DNA of 56,371 nt from Alphaproteobacteria bacterium (lineage in GTDB: Bacteria > Pseudomonadota > Alphaproteobacteria > Micavibrionales > UBA1664), in NCBI GenBank assembly GCA_035906295.1, contig JAMIFL010000128.1:1-56371 (forward strand). Reading direction: 5' to 3'. Each line of letters starts with the position of its first letter. Positions within the stretch are counted from its first letter, which is position 1. This document shows positions 54,857-56,371 of the stretch, one piece after another. Below the pieces are notes generated by a model. The model made no database searches. It worked only from the letters and a program-made list of their open reading frames with translations, and was not told where the DNA came from. Both the position numbers and the translations under genes were made by a program.

Positions 54857-55684
54857 TTATTTCTTCTTCGCGCGGCGGATGATGAATTTATCCGTCGATT
54901 TGTTTTTACGGGTCTTGTTGCCCTTGGTGCCTTTACCCCACGGCGTAACCGGGTGGCGGCCACCAGAGGTACGGCCTTCACCACCACCGTGCGGGTGGTC
55001 GACCGGGTTCATGGACACGCCACGGACGGTCGGGCGGATGCCCTTCCAGCGGTTGCGGCCGGCTTTGGACAGGCTTTCGTTCATGTGGTCGGCGTTGGAC
55101 ATGGCACCGACGGTGGCCATGCATTCGCCTTTGATGACGCGCAGTTCGCCCGAGCTCAGCTTCACCTGAACGTAGCCGCTGTCGCGGCCCACGACCTGGG
55201 CGTAGCAACCGGCGGAGCGGGACAACTGACCGCCCTTGCCGACTTTGAGTTCGATGTTGTGGATGATGGTACCCACCGGCATGGCCTTCAGCGGCAGGGC
55301 GTTGCCCGGCTTGATGTCGGCGTTGGGACCGGAGGAGACCTTGTCACCCTTGGCCAGGCGTTGCGGCGCCAGGATGTAGGCTTTTTCGCCGTCCTTGTAT
55401 TCGATGAGGGCGATGTAGCCGGTGCGGTTCGGGTCATACTCGAGGCGCAGGACGGTCGCTTCGGTGCCGTGTTTCAGGCGTTTGAAGTCGATGACGCGGT
55501 AGCGCTGCTTGTGACCGCCGCCGATGTGGCGGGTGGTGATCTGACCCATGTTGTTGCGGCCGCCGGTTTTTTTCTGACCTTCGGTCAGCGACTTTTCAGG
55601 GCCGCCTTTCCACAGATCTTCGCGGCTGTTCAGAACGAGCTGACGCGACGCGTTGTTGATCGGTTTGTATTGCTTGAGTGCCAT
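54857..55684 (-). CDS. rplB: 50S ribosomal protein L2
   Basis: [17 protein letters not shown]...[19 protein letters not shown]. Confidence 0.97.
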   Translation of the reverse strand: MALKQYKPINNASRQLVLNSREDLWKGGPEKSLTEGQKKTGGRNNMGQITTRHIGGGHKQRYRVIDFKRLKHGTEATVLRLEYDPNRTGYIALIEYKDGEKAYILAPQRLAKGDKVSSGPNADIKPGNALPLKAMPVGTIIHNIELKVGKGGQLSRSAGCYAQVVGRDSGYVQVKLSSGELRVIKGECMATVGAMSNADHMNESLSKAGRNRWKGIRPTVRGVSMNPVDHPHGGGEGRTSGGRHPVTPWGKGTKGNKTRKNKSTDKFIIRRAKKK

Positions 55685-55696
55685 TTTCGCCTCTCG

Positions 55697-56023
55697 TTAC
55701 TTCGCTTGACCGAAGTCGATAGCCTGGCCTTCGGCCAGCTTGACTACGGCTTTTTTCATGTCGCCGCGAATTGCGCGACGGCCACGAAAGAATTTGGTTT
55801 TGCCCTTCTGGACGAGCGTGTTCACGCCCTTGACCTTGACGCCGAACAGCGTTTCAACGGCTGCCTTGATCTGCGGCTTGGTCGCGGTGGTCGAAACTTC
55901 GAACGTCACGTGGTTGAAAGCGGCAGCACCTGCCGTTTTCTCGGTGACGATCGGGCGGCGGATGATTTCGTACATCCACTCGGCCGGTTTCGCGGCACCT
56001 TCTTGGTTTTTCTTCGTTGCCAT
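55697..56023 (-). CDS. rplW: 50S ribosomal protein L23
   Basis: [52 protein letters not shown]. Confidence 0.95.
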   Translation of the reverse strand: MATKKNQEGAAKPAEWMYEIIRRPIVTEKTAGAAAFNHVTFEVSTTATKPQIKAAVETLFGVKVKGVNTLVQKGKTKFFRGRRAIRGDMKKAVVKLAEGQAIDFGQAK

Positions 56024-56027
56024 TGTT

Positions 56028-56371
56028 TTAGTCCTTCAGCTTTTCGGTCAGGGCGCTGACTGCGTCCTTGGTCAGCACCAGCGTGTCGCGGCGCATGATG
56101 TCATACACGTTCGCGCCGTTCACGCCCAGCACGTCGATCATCGGAATGTTCGTCGTGGCGCGGGCGAAGTTGACGTCCATGTCGGCGCCGGTGACGACAA
56201 CCGCGTTCTGAATGCCGAGGGCTTTCAGTTGCAGCGCCATCGCCTTGGTCTTGTGCGAGGAATCGGCGATCGTGTCGAGCACGATGAGCTTGCCTTCGGC
56301 AGCCTTGGCGGACAGGGCGGATTTCAATGCCAGTTTACGCACTTTCTTCGGCAGGCCAATGGCGTGGGAAC
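56028..56371 (-). CDS. rplD: 50S ribosomal protein L4 (3' part; 5' end outside window)
   Basis: The frame stays open to the window edge ([23 protein letters not shown]...). Position upstream of rplW. Confidence 0.9.
   Translation of the reverse strand, partial: SHAIGLPKKVRKLALKSALSAKAAEGKLIVLDTIADSSHKTKAMALQLKALGIQNAVVVTGADMDVNFARATTNIPMIDVLGVNGANVYDIMRRDTLVLTKDAVSALTEKLKD

Overview
High-GC chromosomal segment whose gene order looks alphaproteobacterial: rpmH-rnpA-yidD-yidC, and adk-rpsM-rpsK-rpoA-rplQ with no infA, rpmJ or rpsD. All calls come from reading the ORF translations and the DNA by eye; no database search was run. From 1 to 36.6 kb the window carries housekeeping and envelope genes: putA (5' partial), purD, rpmH-rnpA-yidD-yidC, acs, an EVE-domain gene, an M48/TPR protease, a DsbA-like protein, a 1082-aa lipoprotein, a PAS histidine kinase, an orphan prepilin, accBC-aroQ, a HAD hydrolase, a periplasmic thiol-redox cluster (DsbD/ScsB-like, redoxin, degenerate PCuAC-like), hldE, a CDF transporter, an RsmB-type methyltransferase and PBP1A. 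From 36.7 kb to the window end the minus strand carries the S10/spc/alpha ribosomal-protein superoperon (rplD partial through rplQ). That operon is interrupted twice: by folK-folP plus an outer-membrane protein gene between adk and rpsM, and by a 3.8-kb insertion between rplO and secY. The strongest novelty candidates are: (1) a 304-aa protein fusing a tandem MshEN-type c-di-GMP-binding motif, through one TM helix, to a LapG/BTLCP-type periplasmic cysteine protease; (2) a 997-aa protein with one OmpR-like unit plus about six more winged-helix repeats, sitting inside the ribosomal operon; (3) an AT-rich DUF3800-like gene start/stop-coupled to acs, with the composition break lying inside the acs 3' end; (4) a dispersed multi-hairpin element of about 80-95 nt in three copies with covarying stems, one copy flanked by a 25-bp duplication of a gene's 3' end; (5) a large Cys/Trp-rich lipoprotein of unknown function. 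No rRNA, tRNA, CRISPR array, transposase or integrase was recognised. The many long ORFs antisense to real genes are treated as high-GC shadow ORFs.
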